DNA of 39,805 nucleotides from a virus, in the UHGV virus genome UHGV-0211726; one strand, given 5' to 3'. This document shows positions 1 through 7,801 of the stretch, one piece after another (the first letter of the stretch is position 1; each line of letters begins with the position of its first letter). Made by a program: the position numbers and the translations under genes. The notes beneath the pieces were generated by a model. It ran no database searches. It saw only the letters and a list, made by a program, of their open reading frames with translations, and was not told where the DNA came from.

Positions 1-63
1 CTGCTGGGTGGTCTGGCAGTGATAAGTTCCTTTAATCTCCATGCTTGTCCTCCTTTCTACCGC

Positions 64-288
64 CTAAGCGGTTTTCTCTTTTCGTATCAATGCTCCCTGA
101 ATAATCCGGCAACATCCATCTATAAGTTTTTTAACTTCCTCTTCTGTGCGATCCACATAACAATCATCATGTACTCGGATTGTTGCATTTTTTACTTTTA
201 CTGTTTCTACGATCAAAATCATCACCTCTCTACTATGTATGCAGGTTGGATTGTCCGAGATATGTTGTCCTACGTTTTTAATTAGCAT
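64..288 (-). CDS. hypothetical small protein (74 aa) downstream of the Bro gene
   Basis: ORF overlapping the Bro stop by 11 nt; no recognisable motifs. Confidence 0.25.
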   Translation of the reverse strand: MLIKNVGQHISDNPTCIHSREVMILIVETVKVKNATIRVHDDCYVDRTEEEVKKLIDGCCRIIQGALIRKEKTA

Positions 289-1087
289 CCGAATCTCTGA
301 CGATCACATGATATTTCTTTATCTGTCCATCGCACTGCGTGTATGGGATTTCTCTCGGATATCCATTATTTGCGTACCACTGCTTTACCATCCCAATCAC
401 TTCCGGCACATACTTTCTTACAGTTCCTTGCCACGTTCCCTTGGATTCCCATGTTTCCGTGTACATATCTTCTGACAAATCCAACCTGCGAATAATCTCA
501 TTCACAGCTTTGTCTGCCGGCTTGCCGGAACTCTGAAAGTAAAGTCTTGCTTGTCTTGCGATATGTACCGTATCCACATACTGCTGATCCGCTTCAATCG
601 TGATTGGAAGATTGACTCCTGCTTTCTCATAAAGAGATTTTGCAGTCAGGAGCTTGATTTTACTGTTGCATCCTGCTGCTTGGAGCATCGGTGTTAAAAT
701 CTTCACAGCATTGTTGACACTGGCGAGACGCTCGTTGCTTTGTTTCTTCTTTGGCATCTCATAGGAGCCGGTCTTGCGGAGGGTGGGAAGAACTTCGGAT
801 GTCACCCAGTGTTTGAATTCTTTTGCGGATTCTAATTTGCTACCGAAGATAAGGGCGTATAGACCGGATTCGTTAATTACTACTTGATTCGGGTTTCCTC
901 TTTTTCCGTCGGAAATCACGACGGTATTCTTATCTTCTTTCATTACATGTGTAGCAAGAGCATCTCTCGTATTTGCATATCCCAATGCTGTTGCCACATC
1001 TTTTCCAACAAACCACGGTTCATTGTCAATTGTCACTGTTCGGATTTTGCCGAACTCTTTGTTGTTAAAAATTTTTAATTCGTTCAT
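278..1087 (-). CDS. phage antirepressor, BRO-N N-terminal domain with KilA-C-like C-terminus
   Basis: N-terminal ...FGKIRTVTIDNEPWFVGKDVATALGY.NTRDAL... matches the Bro-N fold; 269 aa; sits in the leftward early operon. Confidence 0.75.
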   Translation of the reverse strand: MNELKIFNNKEFGKIRTVTIDNEPWFVGKDVATALGYANTRDALATHVMKEDKNTVVISDGKRGNPNQVVINESGLYALIFGSKLESAKEFKHWVTSEVLPTLRKTGSYEMPKKKQSNERLASVNNAVKILTPMLQAAGCNSKIKLLTAKSLYEKAGVNLPITIEADQQYVDTVHIARQARLYFQSSGKPADKAVNEIIRRLDLSEDMYTETWESKGTWQGTVRKYVPEVIGMVKQWYANNGYPREIPYTQCDGQIKKYHVIVRDSDAN

Positions 1088-1112
1088 TGCTTCTCCTTTC
1101 TGTTTTTGATGA

Positions 1113-1141
1113 TTGTAAATAAAATCTCATCATGGTAAAAT
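1113..1141 (+). promoter_or_regulatory. sigma-A promoter for the + strand moron: -35 TTGTAA (1113-1118), 17-bp spacer, extended -10 TGgTAAAAT (1133-1141)
   Basis: read directly from the sequence; RBS GGGGGAA 8 nt before ATG 1175. Confidence 0.5.
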
Positions 1142-1174
1142 ATATTTATTATTTCATGAGAATGGGGGAATTAT

Positions 1175-1576
1175 ATGCCACTTTTTTTGCAATATATCGG
1201 CTTTATCATTAGTATCTTTGGTTTTTTTATTACGATATTGACATTTATAGCAGCCAGTAGAGTTAATAAAAAAATCAAATCTCTTAATGAACTTAAAGAT
1301 TTTCACGTTCATAAAACAGAAATACTCAATCAGCTAGAGGGGTTCGTTCGTTCCATAAATAGTGACCAGTTGCAAGAAAGTGATACTGAATGCACTTTAT
1401 ATAATGGAATAACCCAATCGTTAACTGATATAGAATCTAGGTATACTAACCTTTCTTGGAAAACACGAAAAGCATTAACTTCTTTGCAGAAATATTTAAA
1501 ACGTGACAATTTTAAGTGGAATGAAATTGCCCTCAAACTTATAACTTTAAAAAATAGCATTGATAAGGAGATTTAA
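1175..1576 (+). CDS. hypothetical membrane-anchored protein (one N-terminal TM helix, 133 aa), first moron gene
   Basis: hydrophobic stretch FLQYIGFIISIFGFFITILTFIAA; AT-rich; opposite strand to the surrounding phage genes. Confidence 0.55.
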   Translation: MPLFLQYIGFIISIFGFFITILTFIAASRVNKKIKSLNELKDFHVHKTEILNQLEGFVRSINSDQLQESDTECTLYNGITQSLTDIESRYTNLSWKTRKALTSLQKYLKRDNFKWNEIALKLITLKNSIDKEI

Positions 1577-1578
1577 AT

Positions 1579-2001
1579 ATGGAAATAAATAAAAATGAAT
1601 CTTTCATCGAAAAATTATCATCTCAGACTATCAATTCCGAAATTTGCTGGAAACGCGCTACATCTTTCAATAAATTAGATTTTTCTTCTAACCCCGAGCT
1701 TGGAATCGTATTTTTTAACAATGAATATTGCACAATTGATTTTGAGAATTCCTTTTTTTCTCATATTGATTCCGCTAATATTTATATTGTTTTAAAACAA
1801 ATAGAATCCGGTCGCGATGGTTCCCGTGTAAAGAATTATTCAGTTTATCTACAGCAAGAAAGCAATAATGAAATTTCAAAACTTTCTTGTTCTCAAGCAG
1901 TTATTTACCAACTAGTAAATTCTATAAATTCTTATTTAGCAAAAAATAAATCGACTCTAAATGATTTTATAGATTCTTATCTTAAAAATTCTCAAAGTTA
2001 A
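1579..2001 (+). CDS. hypothetical cytoplasmic protein (140 aa), second moron gene, translationally coupled to the first
   Basis: AAGGAG RBS inside the end of the upstream gene; start 3 nt after the upstream stop. Confidence 0.55.
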   Translation: MEINKNESFIEKLSSQTINSEICWKRATSFNKLDFSSNPELGIVFFNNEYCTIDFENSFFSHIDSANIYIVLKQIESGRDGSRVKNYSVYLQQESNNEISKLSCSQAVIYQLVNSINSYLAKNKSTLNDFIDSYLKNSQS

Positions 2002-2015
2002 ATCCATGAATCCTT

Positions 2016-2049
2016 AAATCCTCTCTAATTCCAGGGAGGATTTTTTGTT
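2016..2049 (+). terminator. intrinsic terminator closing the moron
   Basis: stem aAATCCTCtc / gaGGAGGATTt (about 10 bp) followed by TTTTTTGTT. Confidence 0.6.
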
Positions 2050-2068
2050 ATCTTTCTCTTCATTTTTT

Positions 2069-2108
2069 TTAACTTTTTTTCCGTATTTATATACTGAAAA
2101 AAAGTTAA
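2069..2108. repeat. perfect 13-bp inverted repeat TTAACTTTTTTTC...GAAAAAAAGTTAA with a 14-nt spacer
   Basis: seen in sequence; no U-tract on either strand, so not a canonical terminator. Confidence 0.4.
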
Positions 2109-2232
2109 AAACTGTACTACTAAAGTAATAATATCTATCACTATCGTTATTGTTATGATCATGAAGCTTACCTCCTTTTTGACGATCATGCCTACTCTAA
2201 GAAATACTCAACTGATACGTTGAAGTAATCTG

Positions 2233-2895
2233 CTACGCCACAGATTCCAGATATGCAAGATCTTTCACGGTTTCCAGTCTCTTCTTGCAATCCTGGTAAA
2301 TCTCCTTGTAATGCTTTCCAGTTAATATTCCCGTGTCGATCACATGGAGAATGATGTTTTCCATCAGCGAAAGATTGTTCAGCTGCATAACTGTTGCTTC
2401 ATCACGTTTTCCAATTCCAGCCATCTTATTTGCCAGTTTTGAATAGGTCATGTAAAGCATCTCTGCGTGTGTGCTCCCCTGCCCTTTTGCGTATTCCACT
2501 AATTTCTGAATGGTGTCCGTCTCTGCTCTTCTGGTCAGTTTTCCGGCTTTTCTTGTTTCTACCCATGTCTGAGTTGTCTTTTCTTTGATGAACGCTTCCA
2601 TCTGATTAAATGCTTTGATGTAAGCCCATTTCCATTCCAGTGCTTTTTTACCGGTAAATCCCATTGCTAAGATAGAAAAGCCATCTCTATTCATTCGGTA
2701 CATCTTATTTGATTTTCCAGTACCATCTTTATAAGATGTTTTGCTGAAACACTGAACGCAATTTTGCGTTGAGTCATTTTCTATCAAATTTTCAATAGCT
2801 CTGATTACATCCGAATGTCTCTTTCCAAACTTCTCCGCCACCTGTAAGCTGTCACACACTGCTTCATCATTTTTTAAATATACGAGTTCTGTCAT
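2233..2895 (-). CDS. phage regulatory protein Rha (antirepressor family)
   Basis: N-terminal ...CDSLQVAEKFGKRHSDVIRAIENL... is typical of the Phage_pRha family; 220 aa. Confidence 0.7.
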   Translation of the reverse strand: MTELVYLKNDEAVCDSLQVAEKFGKRHSDVIRAIENLIENDSTQNCVQCFSKTSYKDGTGKSNKMYRMNRDGFSILAMGFTGKKALEWKWAYIKAFNQMEAFIKEKTTQTWVETRKAGKLTRRAETDTIQKLVEYAKGQGSTHAEMLYMTYSKLANKMAGIGKRDEATVMQLNNLSLMENIILHVIDTGILTGKHYKEIYQDCKKRLETVKDLAYLESVA

Positions 2896-2907
2896 TCGAC
2901 CATCCTT

Positions 2908-3138
2908 TCAAAGTTCAATATTTTGAACTTTTTCTTTAAAAAAATATTTAGGTATGTCTTCCTGTGCCAAATCTAGAAGTTCTACTGCTTTACAGATATC
3001 TGTCTGCTTCCACGGTCTCTCACTACTTAATTTCAAGCAAAGCGTTCTTTCTGACCATTCCATAGCTTCTGCAAATCTGTACTGAGTTCCGAACTTCTCA
3101 ATTATTCGACCTTTTAATTTGTCATAATTGAATGCCAT
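2908..3138 (-). CDS. Cro-like small HTH regulator (DUF739-like)
   Basis: 76 aa, divergent from the cI-like gene; first gene of the leftward operon. Confidence 0.55.
   Translation of the reverse strand: MAFNYDKLKGRIIEKFGTQYRFAEAMEWSERTLCLKLSSERPWKQTDICKAVELLDLAQEDIPKYFFKEKVQNIEL
2913..2928. promoter_or_regulatory. dyad operator-like site GTTCAATATTTTGAAC
   Basis: near-palindrome related to the 3155-3170 site; overlaps the 3' end of the cro-like gene, just upstream of rha. Confidence 0.4.
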
Positions 3139-3154
3139 TTTATCCTCCTTTCTT

Positions 3155-3170
3155 GTTCAAATATTTGAAC
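3155..3170. promoter_or_regulatory. perfect palindromic operator GTTCAAATATTTGAAC at the start of the Pcro transcript
   Basis: 16-bp perfect dyad; further TTGAAC half-sites at 3224-3229 and 3246-3251. Confidence 0.55.
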
Positions 3171-3177
3171 TATTTGT

Positions 3178-3206
3178 ATATTAGCACCCTTTTCAACCAT
3201 TGTCAA
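3178..3206 (-). promoter_or_regulatory. Pcro: -35 TTGACA (3201-3206), 17-bp spacer, -10 TAATAT (3178-3183) on the - strand
   Basis: consensus hexamers read from the reverse complement; RBS AAGGAGG before cro ATG at 3138. Confidence 0.6.
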
Positions 3207-3245
3207 TACAAAAGTTAATTTTTTTGAACTTTATTGTTTTTCATA

Positions 3246-3280
3246 TTGAACTTTTGTTTAGTGTATGGTATATTTATAAT
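3246..3280 (+). promoter_or_regulatory. PcI candidate: -35 TTGAAC (3246-3251), 17-bp spacer, -10 TATATT (3269-3274), with TATAAT at 3275-3280
   Basis: sits back-to-back with Pcro about 40 bp away; its -35 overlaps an operator half-site. Confidence 0.45.
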
Positions 3281-3300
3281 CAGAAAGGCGGTACATTTAT

Positions 3301-3870
3301 ATGAAGAAAGAAAGCACTTCTACTAGGCTAAAAAAGATTATGGAGACAAAGGGTCTTAGACAAGTAGACGTTCTGAAATTAACTGCACCATACTGTGAAC
3401 AATATGGGATAAAAATGAACAAATCAGATATAAGTCAATACTGTTCTGGAAAAAATGAACCTAATCAAGAAAAACTGTTCGTTTTAGGAAAAGCATTAAA
3501 CGTAAGCGAGTCATGGTTGATGGGATTTGACGTACCGATGGGACGTAACGACTACGAATTTAAAGATGCGATTGGCCCTGATAACCTTTCGTTTAATAAT
3601 GTTGAGGAATTCAAGAAAGCTTACGATCAAAGTATATTCAGGAAAAACAGATTAGAATATAAGCTTTTAGAGAACATGAGAAAGCTAAATAATAATGGAA
3701 AGAAAAGTCTTTTGAATTATTCTGAAATATTACTTGGAAATCCGAATTTTATAGAATCCAACAATCATTTAGAAGTATTAGCAGCTCATGAACGAACCGA
3801 CATTAAAGTAACAGATGAAATGAGAAAACACGATAAAGACATCATGATGGATGACTCTGAATGGGAGTGA
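3301..3870 (+). CDS. cI-like repressor, XRE-family HTH with C-terminal domain
   Basis: N-terminal HTH (LKKIMETKGLRQVDVLK...); divergent from cro; followed by ImmA. Confidence 0.7.
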   Translation: MKKESTSTRLKKIMETKGLRQVDVLKLTAPYCEQYGIKMNKSDISQYCSGKNEPNQEKLFVLGKALNVSESWLMGFDVPMGRNDYEFKDAIGPDNLSFNNVEEFKKAYDQSIFRKNRLEYKLLENMRKLNNNGKKSLLNYSEILLGNPNFIESNNHLEVLAAHERTDIKVTDEMRKHDKDIMMDDSEWE

Positions 3871-3874
3871 TACA

Positions 3875-4336
3875 ATGACGATTTATGAAGAACTTTTGGA
3901 AGAGGCGAATAATAGCGGACTGATTGTCCGCGAAAAGACTCTTTCCGGCAGTGATGGTTTAATATACAGAAATAGAATTGCGATATCCAACAGGCTGAAA
4001 ACATCCGCAGAAAAGGCTTGCGTCTTAGCTGAAGAAATCGGACATCACCATACTGCTGTCGGTGATATCTTTGATCTACAAGATATTGAAAGTATGAAGC
4101 AAGAACAAAAAGGAAGATTGCACGGGTATAACCGGATGATCGGATTGCGAGGCATCATATCAGCTTTTAATGCTGGATGCCAGAATAGATATGAAGTTGC
4201 AGAACATCTGCATGTCACAGAAGAATATCTGCAAGAAGCTATTGACTGCTACAAGGGAAAATACGGTGAGTATACCACTGTGGATAACTATGTTATTTAT
4301 TTTATTCCCAATTTAGCGGTTATGGAAATGATATGA
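3875..4336 (+). CDS. ImmA/IrrE-family zinc metallopeptidase (anti-repressor protease)
   Basis: HEXXH motif AEEIGHHHTAV; GGAGTGA RBS; typical partner immediately after an XRE repressor. Confidence 0.75.
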   Translation: MTIYEELLEEANNSGLIVREKTLSGSDGLIYRNRIAISNRLKTSAEKACVLAEEIGHHHTAVGDIFDLQDIESMKQEQKGRLHGYNRMIGLRGIISAFNAGCQNRYEVAEHLHVTEEYLQEAIDCYKGKYGEYTTVDNYVIYFIPNLAVMEMI

Positions 4337-4397
4337 GCGCAGATGCGTTTATATATAGTGGTGTGAGGTACGGGTAAGTTAAAGGAGAAAAGTAACT

Positions 4398-5642
4398 ATG
4401 GGATTAAAAGATGTTTTTAATATCGGGAAAATAGCAAAGGAAAATGCTGGATTAAAAGAACTAATGTCTCCAGAATTTCAAAATGCGTCAGTCCTGAATT
4501 CAAAAGTTGCCGAGTTAGAGGCTAAAAAAGAGCGACTTGAAAAGGAAATCGACAAACGCACTTCTAAAATTGACACTTTGAAGAAGGAGGCGATATTTTT
4601 TGAAGATGCAATCACATTTCAGGAATTTGGTCTATATACGCCACGATATAATTTTGTTACGTCAGAAGAGTATAAAGAAGAATTAGATAACATTCGTGAT
4701 GCACAGAAAAAATTGATAAAAAGTGATAAAGCTATTATCGGAGCTACAACTTGGACGGTAAATGGAAGTAAAAGCAAAGGCAATAAAATGATTGCAGATA
4801 TGAAAAAATTGTTTTTGAGAGCGTTCAATAGCGATTGTGAAGATGTAATAAGCAAAGTGAAGTACAATAATTTTGATATGTCCCTTAAAAAGATTCATCA
4901 ATCCGCAAACTCTATTGAAAGACTTGGTAAATCCATGTCCTTAAAGATTACCCCAAAATATATAGACTGGAAAGAAGAAGAACTTACATTAGCCTTTGAG
5001 TATCAGCAAAAGAAGCAGGAAGAGAAAGAAGCTCAAAAAGCTGCAAGAGCAGAGATGCGCGAAGCCGCACGACTCCAAAAAGAAATTGAAGCTCAACGTA
5101 AGAAGATAGAAAAAGAACAAACTCACTACCAGACAGCTTACGAAAAACTTCTCAAGCAATTAGAAGAAAATCCAGATAATGCAGATCTGCTTACCAAAAA
5201 ATCCGAATTGGAAAATCAGCTCAATGACATAGATAAGGCTATTAAAGATATCGACTACAGAGAAGCAAATCAGCGTGCTGGATATGTTTACATAATTTCA
5301 AATATTGGAGCCTTTGGAGAAAACGTTTATAAGATTGGGATGACCAGACGCTTGGATCCTCAGGATCGTGTTGATGAACTAGGTGATGCATCTGTTCCAT
5401 TTAATTTTGATGTACATGCCATGATCTTCTCTGATGATGCACCGGCATTAGAAGCAGCACTTCATAAAGCTTTTGAAGATCGTAAACTAAATATGGTCAA
5501 CACAAGAAGAGAATTCTTCAACGTAACACTCGATGAGATAAAAGAAGTCGTAAAGAAAAACTTCGATAAGACTGTAGAGTTTATTGACGTACCAGATGCT
5601 GAACAATTTAGGGTAAGTCAGAAAATGAAGCGAAAACAATAA
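4398..5642 (+). CDS. DUF4041-type coiled-coil protein with C-terminal T5orf172 (GIY-YIG-like) domain
   Basis: C-terminal GYVYIISNIGAFGENVYKIGMTRRLDPQDRVDELGD...FNFDVHAMIF matches the T5orf172 signature; long KE-rich coiled coil in the middle. Confidence 0.6.
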   Translation: MGLKDVFNIGKIAKENAGLKELMSPEFQNASVLNSKVAELEAKKERLEKEIDKRTSKIDTLKKEAIFFEDAITFQEFGLYTPRYNFVTSEEYKEELDNIRDAQKKLIKSDKAIIGATTWTVNGSKSKGNKMIADMKKLFLRAFNSDCEDVISKVKYNNFDMSLKKIHQSANSIERLGKSMSLKITPKYIDWKEEELTLAFEYQQKKQEEKEAQKAARAEMREAARLQKEIEAQRKKIEKEQTHYQTAYEKLLKQLEENPDNADLLTKKSELENQLNDIDKAIKDIDYREANQRAGYVYIISNIGAFGENVYKIGMTRRLDPQDRVDELGDASVPFNFDVHAMIFSDDAPALEAALHKAFEDRKLNMVNTRREFFNVTLDEIKEVVKKNFDKTVEFIDVPDAEQFRVSQKMKRKQ

Positions 5643-5692
5643 TTTTTCAGAACACAAAAACCGCCCCTGCGCCAACAGAGACGGTCTACATA

Positions 5693-5739
5693 TCCGAAGA
5701 TATGCGATTAAAATCCACGAATATTGTATCATCTTCGGA
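5693..5739. repeat. perfect 9-bp inverted repeat TCCGAAGAT...ATCTTCGGA with a 29-nt spacer, upstream of int
   Basis: seen in sequence. Confidence 0.35.
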
Positions 5740-5827
5740 AACAGCTTGCAATCCAGAACATTCGTTCATGTGCTGGCTGTTATTTTTGTACCCAAATTTA
5801 AATACAATTACATAGGAGTGTGATACA

Positions 5828-7360
5828 ATGTCTTATTTTATCTATGCTAGAAAATCCAGAAAAGACGCCGAACTGGAAGCGCTGGGGATTGATGTTCTGG
5901 AACGCCACATTACTACCCTGTTAGAGTTGGCAAAGACGCTCTCTCTTCCGATCGGTGCGATTTACCGGGAAGTTGTGTCTGGAGACAGTATTGATGCCCG
6001 CCCAGTCATGACGCAAGTCCTCTCTGAGGTAGAAGCCTGTATGTGGGATGGTGCCCTCGTAATGGACGTAGATCGTCTGGCCAGAGGTGATACGATCGAT
6101 CAGGGACGTGTGCAGCGTGCATTTTTTTATTCCAACACCCGGATTGTAACACCGAATAAAACCTACGATCCTGCAAATGAGTATGATAATGAGTACTTTG
6201 AGTTCAGTTTATTTATGAGCCGCCGGGAGTACGCCACAATCAAGCGCCGAATGCAGCGTGGCAGGGAACGTTCCAGTTCTGACGGTTATTACGTTGGCAA
6301 TGTTGCCCCTTATGGATGGGAGCGCGTCATTGCGCCGGATGGAAAACACTACTCTCTCGCCCCACATCAGACAGAAGCACCCGTCCTTGATCTAATGTAT
6401 GATCTGTGCGGAAATAAGCAGTACGGATACCAGAAAGCCTGTACCTATATGTCCAATATGGGAATCCTTGCAAGGAGTGGTAAACCTTTTACGCCCTCTA
6501 CTTTAAAAGGGATTATCTCAAATCCAGCAAACATCGGTAAAGTCCGCTGGGGGCATCGTAAGACTGTCAGGGCTGTAAAAGATGGGCGTGTAGTAAAGTC
6601 CCGTCCAAAAGCCACAGATTACATCCTCTCAGATGCGGCATGGGCGCCACGGATCAGCCCAGACTTATTTAAACGCGCGAACCAACCAAAAGGATGTTTT
6701 TCTGCTCCAGTCAGAAACGACAGACCGATACAAAATCTATTTGCAGGTCTGGTCAGATGCTCACAATGCGATCGGCTTATGGTCCGTAAGAAAGCGCAAA
6801 CGAAAACGCCCTATGATATGCTGATCTGTCAGTATACAGAGTGCTCCACAGTCGGGATCCGGATTGATGAACTGGAAGAAGCTCTTCTGGGGTGGCTGAA
6901 AGACTACATAGCCAAATATGAATTTGCTGACACTCACGAGGAAGATACTGCTGCTATTGCCGCAAAAGAATTGATCGTCACAAATTTTGAGACCGAACAT
7001 CAGACGCTTTTAAAACAGAGGGAATCCTTATTTGATTTTTTAGAGCAGGGAATTTACACAAAAGAAATTTTTATTGAGCGTTCGAATGCACTGGAGCAGC
7101 GGATCAGAGACTGCATGAATAACATCACTGCTGCCCGTGAAGATTTGCATACCACAATCGCAAGACAGGCAAACCGGAAAAATTTTGTGCCGAAGTGCAA
7201 GAATTTATTGAGTGAGTGGGACTCTCTGACTGTCTCGGAAAAGAACAGCGCCTTGAGACAGCTGATTGACAGGATTGTTCTGACTAAGACGAAACGGAAC
7301 AAGAAAAACCAGAAAAACTCTGAATTCACAATCGATGTGTACCCGAAAGTGCCGAAATAA
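5828..7360 (+). CDS. large serine recombinase (integrase)
   Basis: N-terminal YARKSRKD catalytic-serine motif, recombinase domain and zinc ribbon (CSQCDRLMVRKK...LICQYTEC); 510 aa. Confidence 0.85.
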   Translation: MSYFIYARKSRKDAELEALGIDVLERHITTLLELAKTLSLPIGAIYREVVSGDSIDARPVMTQVLSEVEACMWDGALVMDVDRLARGDTIDQGRVQRAFFYSNTRIVTPNKTYDPANEYDNEYFEFSLFMSRREYATIKRRMQRGRERSSSDGYYVGNVAPYGWERVIAPDGKHYSLAPHQTEAPVLDLMYDLCGNKQYGYQKACTYMSNMGILARSGKPFTPSTLKGIISNPANIGKVRWGHRKTVRAVKDGRVVKSRPKATDYILSDAAWAPRISPDLFKRANQPKGCFSAPVRNDRPIQNLFAGLVRCSQCDRLMVRKKAQTKTPYDMLICQYTECSTVGIRIDELEEALLGWLKDYIAKYEFADTHEEDTAAIAAKELIVTNFETEHQTLLKQRESLFDFLEQGIYTKEIFIERSNALEQRIRDCMNNITAAREDLHTTIARQANRKNFVPKCKNLLSEWDSLTVSEKNSALRQLIDRIVLTKTKRNKKNQKNSEFTIDVYPKVPK

Positions 7361-7372
7361 CGGTGCTTTCGG
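7343..7372 (+). terminator. hairpin CCGAAAGTGCCG / CGGTGCTTTCGG with the int stop codon in its loop, followed by a T-rich tract
   Basis: 12-bp stem including two G-U pairs; downstream AGTATATTTATT. Confidence 0.4.
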
Positions 7373-7382
7373 AGTATATTTA

Positions 7383-7434
7383 TTAGCTGCATCTTTTACG
7401 AGCGTATTCTTTCGCACATCTAAGATGCAACTAA
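7383..7434. other. candidate attP: imperfect inverted repeat TTAGCTGCATCTT...AAGATGCAACTAA (12/13), with further partial symmetry in the arms, around a ~26-bp core
   Basis: a ~50-bp imperfect dyad immediately after a serine integrase gene is the usual architecture of serine-integrase attP sites. Confidence 0.4.
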
Positions 7435-7488
7435 TACACATTAAATAAGTAGTAACTTTTTGATAAAAATAAGATTGATACAATATTC

Positions 7489-7668
7489 TCAGGACGACAA
7501 CTCCATCCGTCCAACACTCATATACGCAGCCCGTAAAAAGATGTGCATCATTTCGGTTGTCAGGATCATCCCTTCTGGCAACCGGAACTTAAAAGTATTA
7601 CCTGGTATCTCCAAAAACTCTTGGTAAAGCAAAAATGTATCGTAAGATTCGTAGATCTGATATTCCAT
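7489..7668 (-). CDS. hypothetical 59-aa protein with a strong RBS, between the lysin terminator and attP
   Basis: GAGGGGGAACAAGT-ATG; preferred over the overlapping + strand ORF 7543-7758, which lacks an RBS. Confidence 0.35.
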   Translation of the reverse strand: MEYQIYESYDTFLLYQEFLEIPGNTFKFRLPEGMILTTEMMHIFLRAAYMSVGRMELSS

Positions 7669-7699
7669 ACTTGTTCCCCCTCTTGTATTAACTACATAT

Positions 7700-7728
7700 A
7701 TTATAGCACAGAGGGGTTTGAATTGAAT
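7700..7728 (-). promoter_or_regulatory. extended -10 promoter TGcTATAAT (revcomp of 7700-7708) for the 59-aa ORF
   Basis: read from the reverse complement; weak -35 ATTCAA 17 bp upstream. Confidence 0.4.
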
Positions 7729-7765
7729 TTATTAAAAATACATTTTGATAGAAAATAATATTATT

Positions 7766-7801
7766 CCCCTCAGAGAGCTGATCTCCGAGGGGATTTTTAT
7801 T
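7766..7801. terminator. bidirectional intrinsic terminator CCCCTCaGAG...CTCcGAGGGG flanked by AT/T runs on both strands
   Basis: GC stem followed by ATTTTTATT on + and AATAATATTATTTT on -. Confidence 0.6.

Noticed and set aside
7543-7758. 71-aa + strand ORF in the lysin-attP spacer
   Set aside because: No RBS and an odd Cys/His-rich composition. The complementary - strand ORF (7489-7668) has a strong RBS and promoter, so the + ORF is more likely spurious.
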